From: Macrostomum lignano
Lineage: Eukaryota
Direction of reading: 5' to 3'
Assembly: GCA_002269645.1 (NCBI GenBank)
Contig: NIVC01001524.1
Coordinates: 62,001 to 126,000, forward strand
DNA length: 64,000 nucleotides
This document shows positions 12,719-26,616 of the stretch, piece by piece. Numbering within the stretch: position 1 is the stretch's first letter; every line of letters starts with the position of its first letter. A model generated the notes under the pieces. The model was not told where the DNA came from. It was given only the letters and a program-made list of their open reading frames with translations, and made no database searches. The position numbers and the translations under genes were made by a program.

Positions 12719-14999
12719 ATGTCAAAAAGACGCCGTACCGAAGGCGATACGAATAAATCGCGACTTTTCCGCAACTGGCTTCATAAAAACTTACTGGACG
12801 AAGGTCCCGAACCAGAATCATCCCCCTCTACAGACCCAATTACTGCTAAAGAGGCTGTTTTGGAATCGCTCTCAGCTGTTCCCATCGAAAAATCTACTAC
12901 GACTGATGACTTTTTAAGAGAGCTGACTGAGGTAAACAGTTTTGATGACAGTCTTGTTTGGCAAGCTGTCAAGATTTTAAAACTCATGCCCACCCCACTA
13001 TTACTCACCTAAGCATGCATTTTTCCTCCCTTACTTCAGCCCGAGGAGCAACGTGGCATGGCGTGTGACCATGTAGAGTTTGACGACGTTTCGGCTGACA
13101 TGGATAACGAATCTGACTCCGAGAAGCTGTCCAATTATGACGATGATGAAGGGGAGGAAAATCAGAAGCCTACGATGGATACTTTGAATGAAGAGCTTCT
13201 TGTTTTTTTCTTCACGTTTAACATTTCAAACCGAGCCATGCAATTTCTTCTAAATGCGCTGGTCAGCCGCGGCCTTCCTGTTGCAAAAACACTTTACCGA
13301 CTTACTAAATCGACCCGTGAGTCAGTAAAGAAGTTCAACATGGGGAATGGCCACTTCTCCTATCTCGGAATTGCTTCGAACCTTGCTTTCTTACACCGGA
13401 GCGGAATGTTGGCTCTGATCAATCCAACGACAACTTCCGATGGAAGACAAGGGTACGAGGTTGATGCCGATTTTGGTATTGATGGCATGCCAATGTACAA
13501 CTCCTCCAATTATGCCGCTTGGCCGATTCTGGCAAAATTTTCTTGTTTTTCTCGCCCTCTTCCTGTCGCTGTGTACGCTGGTTTGGGCAAGCCCCCTCTC
13601 AATGAATATCTGGCCGATTTCTGCAAGGAGCTGGAGTCCTTCATGGCTGGTTTCATCGAAGTCGAGGGAGTCCTTATCCGCATCCGACGAGTCACTTTTA
13701 TCTGTGATTCACCAGCTCGGGCCTTCATTACTTCTACATTGGGTCATACCGCGCACCATGGATGCCCTTATTGTAGGGCGGTCGCCAAGACAGTCGACCG
13801 GCGAATTGTCTACCCGAAACAAGCTGGAGAATGTCGCACAGCCGAATTCTACCGAGCTAAAATGTAAGTCCTCCTTTTATGCTTCTTTATAAAGGCAGGG
13901 TAGACATGATAGATAGTAGACTGGGGAGCTTAAATAGAAAGGTGATTCGGTAGAAAGGGTAGATTTGGTGTAGATAATCTTGGTACATTAGGTAACACCA
14001 TCTTTCTTTGACCATTTAAATTTTTTTATTTGCAGGGAGTCAAATCAGCGGAAAGATTTGAGTCCTTTGCTGTTGCTTCCAGGCATCCAGCTGCCTGAAG
14101 CTTGCCCACCTGAGCCGATGCACCTGCTATTCCTTGGCGTGGCCAGGCGACTGTTTCACTTTTTGTTCGCCGTTGACGACGGTCGGCGTCGCAAAATTCG
14201 GCCTGATGCGATCACAAGCTTGTCTGATTATACCGAAGCGCGCCAGTCCTTCACGCCGACAAACTTTCAGCGGCGCCCGCGCAGAATTGACCAGGAACTG
14301 AGTCATTTCAAGGCAACTGAATTCCGCACTTGGGTGCTCTACGTAGGCCCCTACTTTCTGCGTAAATTTCTGCCGAGTGAACTGTACAGGCATTTTCTAT
14401 TATTCCACTTCGCCTGCTATATTCTATGCTCAGACCTCCTCCGAGATGCTGAGCTTTTTGAGATGGCTGAAGCCGCCATTCGTCTATTCGTCTACGATGC
14501 CTACCAACTGTACGGTGATAGTTTTTTAACACACAATGCCCATGTACTTTTACACCTGCCCGCATTTGCCAAGCAACGTGGAAACGTCTCTAATTTTTCA
14601 GCTTTTCCATTCGAAAATTATCTGTCTCACCTTAAGCGTCGGCTCCGTGTAACGCGTTTTGCTTCCGCTCACTTATTGAATCAAATGCTATGTATTCGCG
14701 AGTTGCTAACTACTGACCAAATTGCCCCTGTAAGGTATTCAGCTAAAAGTCCAGACAACTGCTGCATTGTGGATAGCAAGGTCATTCGCATAACTAGTGT
14801 ACTTGGCCACAAAGTGAGTGGTGCTGTTTTAACTTTTAAATCCAACTTGTATGATTATCCATACGAGTCTTCCAGATTAGGAATCGGAATTTTTGTTGAG
14901 ACGCGATCTGTAATTGTAGGCGTTCCCCAGAAGAAGTGTTTCTTGTTCCCCCGAAGTTCTGGAGCTTGGCTAGTCATTCCTCTTGCCGAAGCTGAGTAG
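12719..14999 (+). CDS. EnSpm/CACTA-type DDE transposase; exons 12719-12931, 13040-13863, 14036-14999 (666 aa, uninterrupted)
   Basis: Motifs FGIDGMP, WPIL, FICDSPARAF, GHTAHHGCPYC, EPMHLLFLGV, FKATEFR, HVLLHL, SAFPFENY; splice phases consistent. Confidence 0.8.
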
Positions 15000-15382
15000 C
15001 TGAGTAGCTCGCTGAATAAACTATGGCTACTCAGCTTCATCGTTATTTCTACACGAGTACATGTAAATACATGACAGCTGACTCAAACTGTAGCTGAGTT
15101 CTTCTCTGGCTTTGTCTAATGCTATTAGAATTTTACTGCTCTTTAACAGAATCAAACCGTTCTTTTTTTAATTTACTTTGAATACATTAATACGACAAAT
15201 ATTAGTACAAATGCTTAGCTAATGAGCTAATGCTTCCATGGCTGTCTTTTGGGAGGGATAGGAGCTTGATAGGGGCAATATCTATAGCAATAAAAAACGA
15301 AAGCTTTGGAAAGCTTTTACGGACAGGTGTTTCTCCCGAAAATTGTTTGTGTCAAATTTGAAGGATTGATAAAACTGAAGCG

Positions 15383-15402
15383 ACACACACACACACACAC
15401 AC
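15383..15402. repeat. (CA)n microsatellite
   Basis: Read directly. Confidence 0.9.
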
Positions 15403-15957
15403 AGTTTAGATTTTTTATAGTTATAGAAGATAGAGAAAAAGAAAGCCCTGTGGGCTGGAGGGAACAACGAAAAGATTGGACTAAATGATATATGATTCAA
15501 AGACCCATTGAGGAATTGTAAGGGAGAACTGGAAAGGTAGAAGGGGTTCATCTAACCCCGGCTTTTGGCATTTTTTAAGATGAATGAATTCACTGTATCA
15601 TAAGCGTCCGATGCGTCTCTGCATTCAAATGACAGTTTTATTGTCAAATCGATCCTTCCATTCTGAATTCCAAGTCAGTGGAAACTGCAGCTGAACACCC
15701 ACATCCGCCCGCTTGAATATTCTTATTACATTGTTTTTTGTTTGCGGTCGTACAGCTCCATGCGTCTATGAATTGGTTTCTACTGACTGACAGAAAAATA
15801 GACTTTGGACAAAATATCTAAGTCACCGTTTTTATCATTTTTACCGTGCAGGGGTTGGCAAACTTTGTACGCGGGCCTCTCTATCCGGCCCTCGGGTCCT
15901 TTGAAACTTCACAATAGCAATTCGGCTCGCTCAAGTTTTGTCTTTTCTCAGATCGCT

Positions 15958-16255
15958 TTCTCTTTCCCCCTTCTCTTCTCTCCCTTCTCTCCTCTCTCCT
16001 ATTCTCTCCATTTTTCTCTTCTCTCCCCTTCCCCTCTCTCCCCCTTCTTCCCTCTCCTCTTCTTTCCCTTCTTTCTCATTTCTCTCTTCTTTTCCCTTAT
16101 TTTCTCCTCTCTTCTCTTCTTTTCCTTTTCGATCCTCTCTCCCCTCTCTCTTCTCCCTCCCCTCTCTCCTTTTTTTTCTGTCTCGTTTCTCCTCATATCT
16201 CATATCTCTTCTCTCGTCCTATTTCTCGCATCTCCTCTCTTCTCTCATCTCTAAT
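15958..16255. repeat. CT-rich polypyrimidine low-complexity tract
   Basis: Almost only C and T for about 300 bp. Confidence 0.9.
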
Positions 16256-17073
16256 TTTCTGTTTCTTATCCTTTCCAGTCTCATCTGGCTTACCGCCAAG
16301 AGCTGGATCCTTCTTTACCTGGTCCTTAGGGTAAAAGTTTGCCGGCCCTTGGACTAGACTAGAGGTTATTGCTTCTAATCTGGAAAGAGTGCCGGTAAGC
16401 AAAATCAGAGACCGATAAAATAGGGGAAGCCTGTGTGTTTGCTAGAAATGCCCTGGGAGGAGATAAGAGACGAAGAAAAGCATAAACAGTCGTTTGTTTT
16501 TCATTGTGAAAAGAATGAAGGGAGCGATAACGATCAACGAAGGCAATATTCAAAGTTAGTTCAATCTGGGCGGGACTGAGAACCAGAGCAGTCATACCAT
16601 TCATATTTGGGACTGAGAAGCACTGTAGCATTCAATTCATATTCGAGTTATCACATAAATCATTCGTATTGGGTACAATCATGCCCAAGCTAGTTTCTTT
16701 TACAAGCTTGTATTCGAGTGTGTTTTTTTCCTCTCTTTCCTCCCCCCCCCCTCAAGCCTCCTGCAAGTTGGCCACAACCCCCCACTCAGCCCCCAGTTTG
16801 TTGTGTGTGCTCGTTTTAGCAGTATAAATATCATAAAGCTCTTCCTCCACTTTACTTGCGAGCTTGGCTAGAGATAACATCTGCCCAACGGAAAAAAAAT
16901 TACTATGGGATACCCTTAGTATAAAGTTTCTTACAATGCCCCCTTCCCCAGTCTGCCTCTTTGTTCAATCCACCTAGGCTTTCTTCCCTGCGACAGGGCT
17001 AGTACAAGCTAGTATAAGATAAAAATAAAATACTAGCACATAGCACAGTCTCTAAGTCATAGTCATAGCATCC

Positions 17074-17126
17074 CTTTAAGTCAGAGGCAGTCTAGTACAT
17101 ACAACTAGACTGCCTCTGACTTAAAG
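17074..17126. other. Perfect 23-bp inverted repeat with 7-nt loop
   Basis: CTTTAAGTCAGAGGCAGTCTAGT / ACATACA / ACTAGACTGCCTCTGACTTAAAG. Confidence 0.9.
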
Positions 17127-17636
17127 AATTGTAAAGCTTCTGCTTTGATAAATTTTGCCACTTGGTGCTCATACTTATGAGGGCAGATAGATACAGGGGG
17201 CAGGGCAGATGTCATGGGAATGGCAACTATCAACTTGGATTTGGGCCCCAGAGAAAAGGAGTTCTAAAGATATCATCTATAGTATCAGTTAGGAACTTGT
17301 GAGTCCCACGAGGTTCAGTAATGCAAAATTATATTTCAAGTAGAAGTATACTGCAAATGTTGTGTATACGCTCCTACTTGTGCTAGCTAGCTATACGAGT
17401 AGACAAATTACTGCTCTCGAACGCAATACACTAAAAAACGCGAGCGCATGTATATTGATTGCAATGCCACTGTAAAACAGCACTTACATAAATGCTTCAT
17501 TTTCATAGTATATTCACTATTCTCACCATATTGTTTGTGTATTTTACAACCGGACATCAAAAAAACCTTTGTGGGCATGCGAAGAGACAGTAAATTGTTA
17601 ACTCAAATGTACAAAAAATCAAATCTAGCTATATGA

Positions 17637-18135
17637 AGCATAGGCGTAGGAACTGGGGGAGGAGAGTAGTGCCATGCCCCCCCCCCCACTTTTGAAGTGG
17701 GAAGCCAGTAATGGTATCTGGCCCCTCCACATTTTAAATGCAAAATGTAGACTTTGTTTATATTTTTTACTCTTATTTTTTGTTTTTACTGCTTTGCATG
17801 AATGTATTTTGCTGCAGGGCAACAAAACATAGCGCCTGCAGCGCCAAAATGAGTGGCGACACTGCCGAGTGTCTGCTGCGCCCAAAAGGAGTACAGTGCC
17901 TATGGCGCCAAAATGACTTCTAAGGATGTTATATTGTATTTCGTCAGATTTTCTAGGCAGTTGCCGAACCTAATAAAATCATTATGGAATCACTTGAAGA
18001 CAACACAGCAACTCTGCAGTCAGCTGGAGAATGTATTCTAGCTTGTTTGCCGCGTCAACAAGTACAAAAGGGCTTCTAAAGATTTTATAATGTACTTCGT
18101 CAGATCTTCTGGACAGCCGCCAGACTCATTAAAAT
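17637..18135. mobile_element. Probable non-autonomous (MITE-like) repeat remnant carrying degenerate copies of the 21-bp minisatellite unit
   Basis: Starts CATAGGCGTAGG followed by G and C runs; GCCTGCAGCGCCAAAATGAGT is the reverse complement of the unit at 44260-46718. Confidence 0.45.
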
Positions 18136-18355
18136 CATTAGAAACTATTAAACTAAATCATTAAAAATAAAGTTACTAGATACATTCATAAAGTTACTAC
18201 ATGTAGGTCCATAAAAGAAAATACTAGGTTCATAGAAAAAGTGGGGAGAATGGGGGGGGGGGTTTCACCAGGCCGAAATTTCACATTGCCGAAAAATCAT
18301 TTTAGCAGCCTCTTTCACTAGGCCGAAACTAACAAAATTAATTTAATTCACTTGA

Positions 18356-19130
18356 TATCACCCGCCGAAAGAATCGTGTCTCTAGATTAATCCGCTTTCC
18401 AGATATTCGAAGGCGGCGATTCGGGAAAATTCTAATGCATTCAAATGGGCAAATCCGGGAAAATCAATCAGGAATTGCCAAGCTGTATCAGTAGCCTCAG
18501 CTTTGGGATTCTACACATCATTAGAGTGTGCCAGTCGGTATCACCCGCCGAAAGAATCGTGTCTCTAGATTAATCCGCTTTCCAGATATTCGAAGGCGGC
18601 GATTCGGGAAAATTCTAATGCATTCAAATGGGCAAATCCGGGAAAATCAATCAGGAATTGCCAAGCTGTATCAGTAGCCTCAGCTTTGGGATTCTACACA
18701 TCATTAGAGTGTGCCAGTCGGTATCACCCGCCGAAAGAATCGTGTCTCTAGATTAATCCGCTTTCCAGATATTCGAAGGCGGCGATTCGGGAAAATTCTA
18801 ATGCATTCAAATGGGCAAATCCGGGAAAATCAATCAGGAATTGCCAAGCTGTATCAGTAGCCTCAGCTTTAGGATTCTACACATCATTAGAGTGTGCCAG
18901 TCGGTATCACCCGCCGAAAGAATCGTGTCTCTAGATTAATCTGCTTTCCAGATATTCGAAGGCGGCGATTCGGGAAAATTCTAATGCATTCAAATGGGCA
19001 AATCCGGGAAAATCAATCAGGAATTGCCAAGCTGTATCAGTAGCCTCAGCTTTGGGATTCTACACATCATTAGAGTGTGCCAGTCGGTATCACCCGCCGA
19101 AAGAATCGTGTCTCTAGATTAATCCGCTTT
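18356..19130. repeat. 183-bp tandem repeat, about 4.2 near-identical copies
   Basis: TATCACCCGCCGAAAG starts at 18356, 18539, 18722, 18905 and 19088. Confidence 0.95.
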
Positions 19131-19989
19131 AATCTAATTAAACAGTAAACAGTAAACAGTTTTTCAAAAAAATTCAGGCCAATTCGTCTATTTTGTACAG
19201 GAATACAAACATGCATATTATGCTACTAAAAGTAAATGTGCCGCAAATGTGCGGTATTTTCCTTCGTTGAATGTCCCACATTGTTCCAACGTTTTTTCAA
19301 CAGCCCATACGACTATTCACTTTGCCCAAATATCCTTTTCGTTGGACGAACGTTTTTTGGCAGCCCGGGATATTAAATAAGGACTAAAAATATGACTAAT
19401 ACTAAAACCTGATAAGATGTTGTTCATCAGATAAATTTAAATTCATTAACATATACGAGCGTACGCTCGTACTGTACTGACAACAAAAAACTTGTACAAT
19501 TTCTACTGAATAACCAGAAAATTAACGAAACTCCAATTTGGAAAATTTGCAACTCTAATCTGCTTTCTTATGTGCTTAACTTCTTTTAAAAACAATTTTG
19601 CTACCTGCTCTACTGTTGTAAGTAGCAAAATTAGCTACAGAAATGAAAGGGTCATTCTTGGCAGTACATGTCAGTTTAAAACGGACTATCGAAGTGATAT
19701 CAATATGTGTATAATATTCAGAAATAAACCGTAAACTAAGCGAATTTTCGACAAATTATCAGCATTATTACAGCGATAAAACTGATTTTTTAAAATTAGG
19801 TAGGATCTAAACGGACGATAGTAGACTGAAAACGGACCCTCAAAAGTCCATCAGTAATAAACCTTCTAACCATTTGGTAACTGCAATTTGACCTTTTGCA
19901 GTGGTTTGACAAAAAAAATGCGTTTTTTCTCCTAAAGCTGACGCGACCCTTTGAGGACCCACCATGGTCCTAAAGACGTCCGCTAGACT

Positions 19990-20560
19990 CAGCTTTTTAC
20001 ACCGGGCATGCCGACCGACATCCCAGCGGACCTGACATGCCGCGGCGCAGACGGGCAGACGACCAAGCTCGCACCCTGCCAGCGGTTCACTTGCCACGGC
20101 GGTCTGGTGTCTCACGTGGAAGAGGATCTCCGGCGGCGCAGAGGACTTGCCTGGGCGCCCTTTCGTTCGATCCGAGCCATCCTCCAGTCCGAAGCGCTGC
20201 CCGACCGCCAGAGGGCTCGGCTGTGACAGACGGTGGTCGAAACCGTCTTACTATACAACGCCGAGACGTGGACGCTGACGGCTATGCTAGAGTGGCAGCT
20301 GGACTCGGCGCAGTCAGGGCTGCTGCGTGGGGGCCTTTCGAGCTGACGAGAGCGTCGGGACGGAGGCCCTGTACGATCGGGCCAAGCTGCAGCGCCCGTT
20401 CATCATCCTGCGCCAGCGGTGACTTCAACTGAGCCGGCCGCACGTGATCCGGGCCGAGGGCTACTGCCCCCAACCTGTTCAGGACGTCCTGCTGCTCACC
20501 TTGCAGGGCCCGTTCAGGCAGGGTCAGGCCCGAACCCGTCGATACGTGGACTGCCACAGT
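19990..20560 (+). mobile_element. 3' fragment of an RTE-clade LINE (degenerate RT C-terminus)
   Basis: RRGLAWAPFRSIRAILQSEALPDRQRARL*QTVVETVLLYNAETWTLT...LDSAQSGLLR, with stops and frameshifts. Confidence 0.7.
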
Positions 20561-21404
20561 CAAAGTCAAAGTCCGTAATCTTTAATTAAAGGGAGTTACC
20601 AGCGTACCAGCGTACATTATATTTTATCCCGCAGCCGCCATTTTTTTCTCTTTTATTCACGGCTTATTAAGAGCACTCAAGTCAAGCACATAGACATGAG
20701 CACTGCAATGCATAACACAAAATTTATTGATAAAGCAATAGTCTGCAGCAAAGCAGACTTAGCAAAGCTCTACAGGCCATAGCTCATGGTTTATGGCTTG
20801 TGAATCATTCGATGCTGTTTGTAGACGACACGCTCGTAATGCATGGTTTTTAGGGTTGTATTTCTTTTAATCCCGAGAGCCGAAGGATGGACTAGCAAGC
20901 ATCTTCCAGACAAGCATTCAAACTCCAAACACGTCACTGTACTCCTTGAATACGTTTTCCTTAGTCAACGATGGTGCGGTTTCTGTCTTCACACTTGAAA
21001 CATTCATTACTTAAATCAGTCCCAAACTCTCTAAAGTTTCAGCATTCAGCAATTGAAACAATTTATAGTCCCTTCTCGAAGTTGCAACGTGACGTGTTTG
21101 CAACGGAGTGCCGACGCGGAATCGGGATTATTACCACTGCACGTGAGAGTGGCTGCGGGATTTGCAGGCCCTTGGCTACACTGCGCCCTGCCTGACACTT
21201 GACTTGCCCGCCTGTTCCTGCTCACCCTGAATCGTCGAGGCTTTGGGAGTGCTGGATGGGGGAGGGGTGAACGTATAGCATACGTAGAGACAAAATACAA
21301 CTGGTGTATCGAGCTGCTGGTCAGTGAGGAGTGCAGTGAGCGTAGTTCTAGTGTTTATGGACAGTGCTTATGGATAAATGCATTAATGAGTATACATTAG
21401 GCAT

Positions 21405-22268
<864 letters not shown>

Positions 22269-24459
22269 TTTGTCGAGAAAAGCTTTAATAGCCGAATGAA
22301 AAGGGGCTTTTTTAGCTGCTTAATTTTTTTTGACTCGGGTCATTCCATAAAAGAGAAACAGTAACGTAAATTGCTCTCGCACACAGATGGAAGCCTCATG
22401 GTGGCATTTTTGCGCTTCTGGAGAAGCTTAAAAGGCTAGTAATTAACCAAGTATACTACTGAACTAATTTTTAAGTAGTTACAACCTATTAAACTCATAG
22501 AAATGTAAACTTCTAATTACAACTCATTTCATATTGGTTTTCGAATCTATTCTGGAAAAAAATATTATAACTAAGTATCGTTTGTAGATAGACTAAAAAG
22601 CGGCATCACAATTTTACTACACTTCCTACTAAACTATTTTTTTCTGAGAAATTTTCTATTTTGAAAATTTCACGTTTTTGGACGCCATACAGGCTACAGC
22701 TACAATATTGCTAGTTTACTTCTCAAACAAAACTCAGTCTCAAATAAAGTACATCGTTTTAAGCATTTGCTATATGTCAATTCTCTACCATAGAACTTAA
22801 TTGTCGATAATCGGTGCTTTTTAATTTGAAAAGAAAACTTTACTGCACACTTTTGTAAACATGGAGGTAAAAGTTATTATATCGGTAAAGATCACAAGAA
22901 AATTTCTACGCACGAATCCAAGCACCGTTTAACAATGTGCGAAGATGATCTGACTTCTGCAGGAAAATATACTTCTGTCGTAACAGATCCTCACGCAGAA
23001 CACGGCCAATAAAACTCTAAAAGTTTAATTTCGGGTTTTTTTCTCTCTCTATCTCTCTCGCGAAATTCTGCATCCATCTCAGTTCTTTCTTTTGACTTAG
23101 CCGAATACGTAATTTTAATTCCTTAACTTGTTTCATAGTGTAGTATGACTATTTTTTTAGCCATAATAACTTTGTTGATTGAGTATAGCTATTGTCCCAG
23201 GGTATACGCGTCCTTCTCTGGGGCCTTTGAGTTGGTGTTCTCACTTTCTTGCGGTAGATGTCTAGCGGTCTAAGGTTCTTACAGCTCTTAGTCTCTCCTA
23301 TCAGGCCGTCAGAGAAGACCGTATAAACTGACGGGATCTCCTAGTATCTAAGCTGAGTTTGATTCTCTCTAAGAGTTGCTCTAAGTCACAGTTAAGGCAA
23401 ATGATCGATTTGAGACTCGGGTTTCTGCCAACTGGATAATCCAGAAACTAATTCAAATGGAGCAATTCAAGATCGAAAACTGCGCAGGAAAAAAACGAAG
23501 CGCCGCTCCAGTTTGAGATGAGCGTCTATTTGTACCAATTAGCATGTTTGGCCTCCCCCGCCGCCGGTGGGGTGTCTTCGCGTTATTAGCAACGGCGGGG
23601 GGTTTTGAGCAATAACAAACTGGGACTCAGTCCCCTAATTGTACATGAATTTAGTTAGTTCTAGTAGGTTGCTAAGTGTGGAGGTTAGAGATTATTCGGG
23701 CTTTCGCAAATCTATGTGTTGAGTTGGATAAAATTTGGGATAGAAAGATTATAGAAAAAGTGCTTAGTTTTCCGTCTCTACACTCTGTCCATGAATGATT
23801 AAACAGTCCTCTGTTTCTCTCGGTTGTCAGGCAGCTTGGGGTTGATCTCGCCTTCTTGGGCAGCTTCGGGTTGGGTAGGAGTCTCTAGGTGGGCCTCACG
23901 TTTTCTCCCTCAGGGTGCGCCAGAAGATGCCGCGTGCCGCGTTGTTCTCTAAGTCAGGCTGCTGCTCAGTTTGCTTTTCCCGGCCGGTTTAGTCGCCATT
24001 GTGCCTGCGGCGGGGTGACGCTACTAACTGGAATGGAAGGAGGCTTTGTTAGATTCGGCTATTCAAATTGACTTGACAGTTGATTAATTATCTTAAAGCT
24101 GCTTCTGTTTGCTCTTCTAATAGCTATATAGGGGTTCCATTGTACTCTTCTGCCTCGCCCTTCACTGCGCCTGGGCTTTTCATAAATTTCTACCTATCTT
24201 CTAACTTGGGGTCAAAACTTCAGATTTCTAACTCTTATATGATTCCCCCTTTTTTCGAAATCCTTGTGCTAACAAGGATTTGATCAATCGACATCAGGGC
24301 TAAACGACATTGCAGGTACTGAAATTATCAAATATAAGACGTTAGAAATCTGTATACGAGTCAAGCGTCTGGAGACGTAGATAGTTAAAGGTGTAAAGAG
24401 GCGAAACCTGGGAAATTAATTGAGGGGAAACAGTTCACAGTCGTATCTATGGGCCGTAT

Positions 24460-24932
24460 TTAGTTATCTTCAAGTTGAACATTGCCGCTTCTGGCCCATA
24501 GGTACTGACGATATCCCTGCAGTGTGGGCCAGGGTCGAATGGTACTGGAGGCCGTGTAGTCGCCTCCCCTCCACGGTATCTCCGTGGGGGTCATCTCGCG
24601 TCCCCACTCGGCGTCGTTGTCAACTTGGGTGGCCACTGAATGGCCCCCATCTATGTCGCTCTCGGCGACTTGCGTCTGCGCATCCTTTTTGATGCACTTG
24701 TGGACGTGGAGATTTACGTCCACAAAGGCTTCGCCGGGTCGCCGAGCATAAGCGTCTTCGGGTGAGTAAGTGGCCATGGGAATGCTCTGAAATTAAGCAA
24801 GAGTGTGCTATTGATTTTCCGTGTGGCGGTTTTAGTGTGTATCGTCCTTGGCCTAAAGCTTCGCTTAGCGGTTCGACTGTACATTAGATCTATCCCCTGC
24901 GTACATGGGGTGGTGGGTGTGGCGGGACGCAT
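24460..24932 (-). CDS. Small ORF of unknown function in the 3' region of the retroelement (two overlapping frames, possibly one frameshifted ORF)
   Basis: ORF-track frames 24714-24932 and 24460-24777 overlap at AGAGCATTCCCATGG; no recognisable domain. Confidence 0.3.
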
Positions 24933-25093
24933 GGGGGAGGGGTTTTGAATCTGGACTTGGAGCCGCAGGGGGGGTCCTTTCTTTTCTAATCGCCGGCTCC
25001 TTCCGTTTTTAAACGCGGCGCATGTGAGAGTAGCCCCTAAAGTTATCTATTCAGCTTGTTTTCCGATTGCCCTTAACGCTAACTGATCTCATT

Positions 25094-25300
25094 ATGTCTG
25101 AGTTTGCTATGCAACGTTTGATTCGCATTATTGGCGAGTTGAAGGAGCGTCTACACGCCGTGGAAGACCGGTCTGTCGGTCTCGAGCGGCGACTGCTTTA
25201 CTTGGAATCACGATCGGTTTCGCAAGATTATGGGCTACGTACACTACAAGGTTGGCTGGGCGGAGTGGGGGCGGCGGCCTCCTCCTGTGTCTACTCCTAG
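25094..25300 (+). CDS. 68-aa antisense ORF with coiled-coil heptads
   Basis: MSEFAMQRLIRIIGELKERLHAVEDRSVGLERRLLYLESR, hydrophobic residues at heptad spacing. Confidence 0.35.
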   Translation: MSEFAMQRLIRIIGELKERLHAVEDRSVGLERRLLYLESRSVSQDYGLRTLQGWLGGVGAAASSCVYS

Positions 25301-25455
25301 TTCTATTATTCTGCTGCCTCTACCGGCGTCGTTACCAGGCCCTACCTGCCTAGTAAGCAAAATGATTGCATTGATTAGATTATTTAATAACAATATATAT
25401 TCGGGAAGTCTATTTTGTATGTCATAAACATGGTTATCAATCGGGTGTATAAGTG

Positions 25456-26616
25456 TCAGTGGGCGTCGAATATCACGACGTTGAGAATAAAGAGTAACAT
25501 AGAGAATATATCGAGAGATACAATTCGGGTGCAAAAATTATCAGGATGAGCAATATTTGTGGATACAATTTGTTTCAAGGTTAATGTGGTTAGTGTTAGA
25601 TTATATAGCGTTGTAGCTCGCTTCAAAAATTCACTTTCGTTTGGTCTAGTCTTATCCCAAGAGTAGACCGCCCTGCTGTGAGGCTGCATTGAACAAAGGA
25701 GCGTACCTGTGGGTGAAGGTGCCTCAGGGATGAGGCGGATTGGTATCCCACCAATTCGCTACAACCCTAGGGCAGTATTTCATCCCTTGTATTATCCTTT
25801 TGTTCTCTTGCAACCGGGCCTTCCTATAGCACCTCAAGGGTCCAGGTTGGGGCCTTCTGCTGCTTTCAACGCTGTGAAAAGGTGGTGCCATTGTAGGTTG
25901 GCCGGTGAATACGCAATCGTGGCTATCGATTGCCGTTCCTTGGGTTTGATTTCGATGCCGTGATAATTTAAGGTGTTGAGTAGATAAGTGATAAGCATGT
26001 CGGCTTGGAGTGATAGTGTGCTGGTCGGTCCACGAGGATGGATTAGGGTTGTCGTCACCCTGCTGTTCCATACTATGATACGGAGACAAGAGAACGCAGC
26101 TGTGTCGTCGTAGAGGAAAAAGAGCGTCGTGTTGAAGTTCAAGATAGAATAGTCAGAGAGTAACCAGCGTGGGTCTTTAGGATCTGACAGGATGCGTCGC
26201 GTAGTAAGGTGTGTGACGATGTTAGCGGGTATTAGTGGCATGTCAAGCATCTGCTGGTGAATGTCAAACAGTTTCGTTTCATCATACCGCGCCGGCTTGC
26301 TTTGAACTACCGTCTGTGCCGCCAGAGCTGTTTGGAATCGCTCTGCGAGTGTTTTAGCCTGGCGGAAATCGTTGCTCGCCGATGTTGCCGTGCTTGCTTG
26401 TCGTGGGAGCGTAGGTCGGCGTCGTTGCCATTCCTGTCGTAGCTTGTCCAGCTGTTGTTCTGTCCATGTTGACATATCTTGCTCGGGCCACTTAGGGTCA
26501 TCAGTTTCGGTGTGAGATGTTGGCTTGAAGAGAGGTCGAACTATAGGACACGGTGTCTGGGTATCTTCGTCTCCCAGGGTACAGTCATCTAGCGTATCGA
26601 GCTGTCGGTCATACAT
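25456..26616 (-). CDS. ORF3 downstream of integrase (260 aa open; may extend to 25456 through frameshifts), unknown function
   Basis: Long open frame 26616-25834 begins exactly after a splice-acceptor-like CCCTTCTAAAATTACTCATTATACCAG. Confidence 0.6.

Larger units (their letters stand above)
10115..14999. mobile_element. CACTA/EnSpm (CMC-superfamily) DNA transposon core with two divergent genes; termini not located
   Basis: Spliced transposase on + and DUF4806/BEN-like accessory gene on -, head to head with about 360 bp between start codons. Confidence 0.75.

Noticed and set aside
9600-15260. TIRs for the CACTA-type element (e.g. CCCAACAAG at about 10030 versus CTTTTGGG at about 15246)
   Set aside because: Match too short and imperfect, with no consistent TSD.
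15805-16357. Hydrophobic and charged ORFs over the CT tract
   Set aside because: Low-complexity artefacts.
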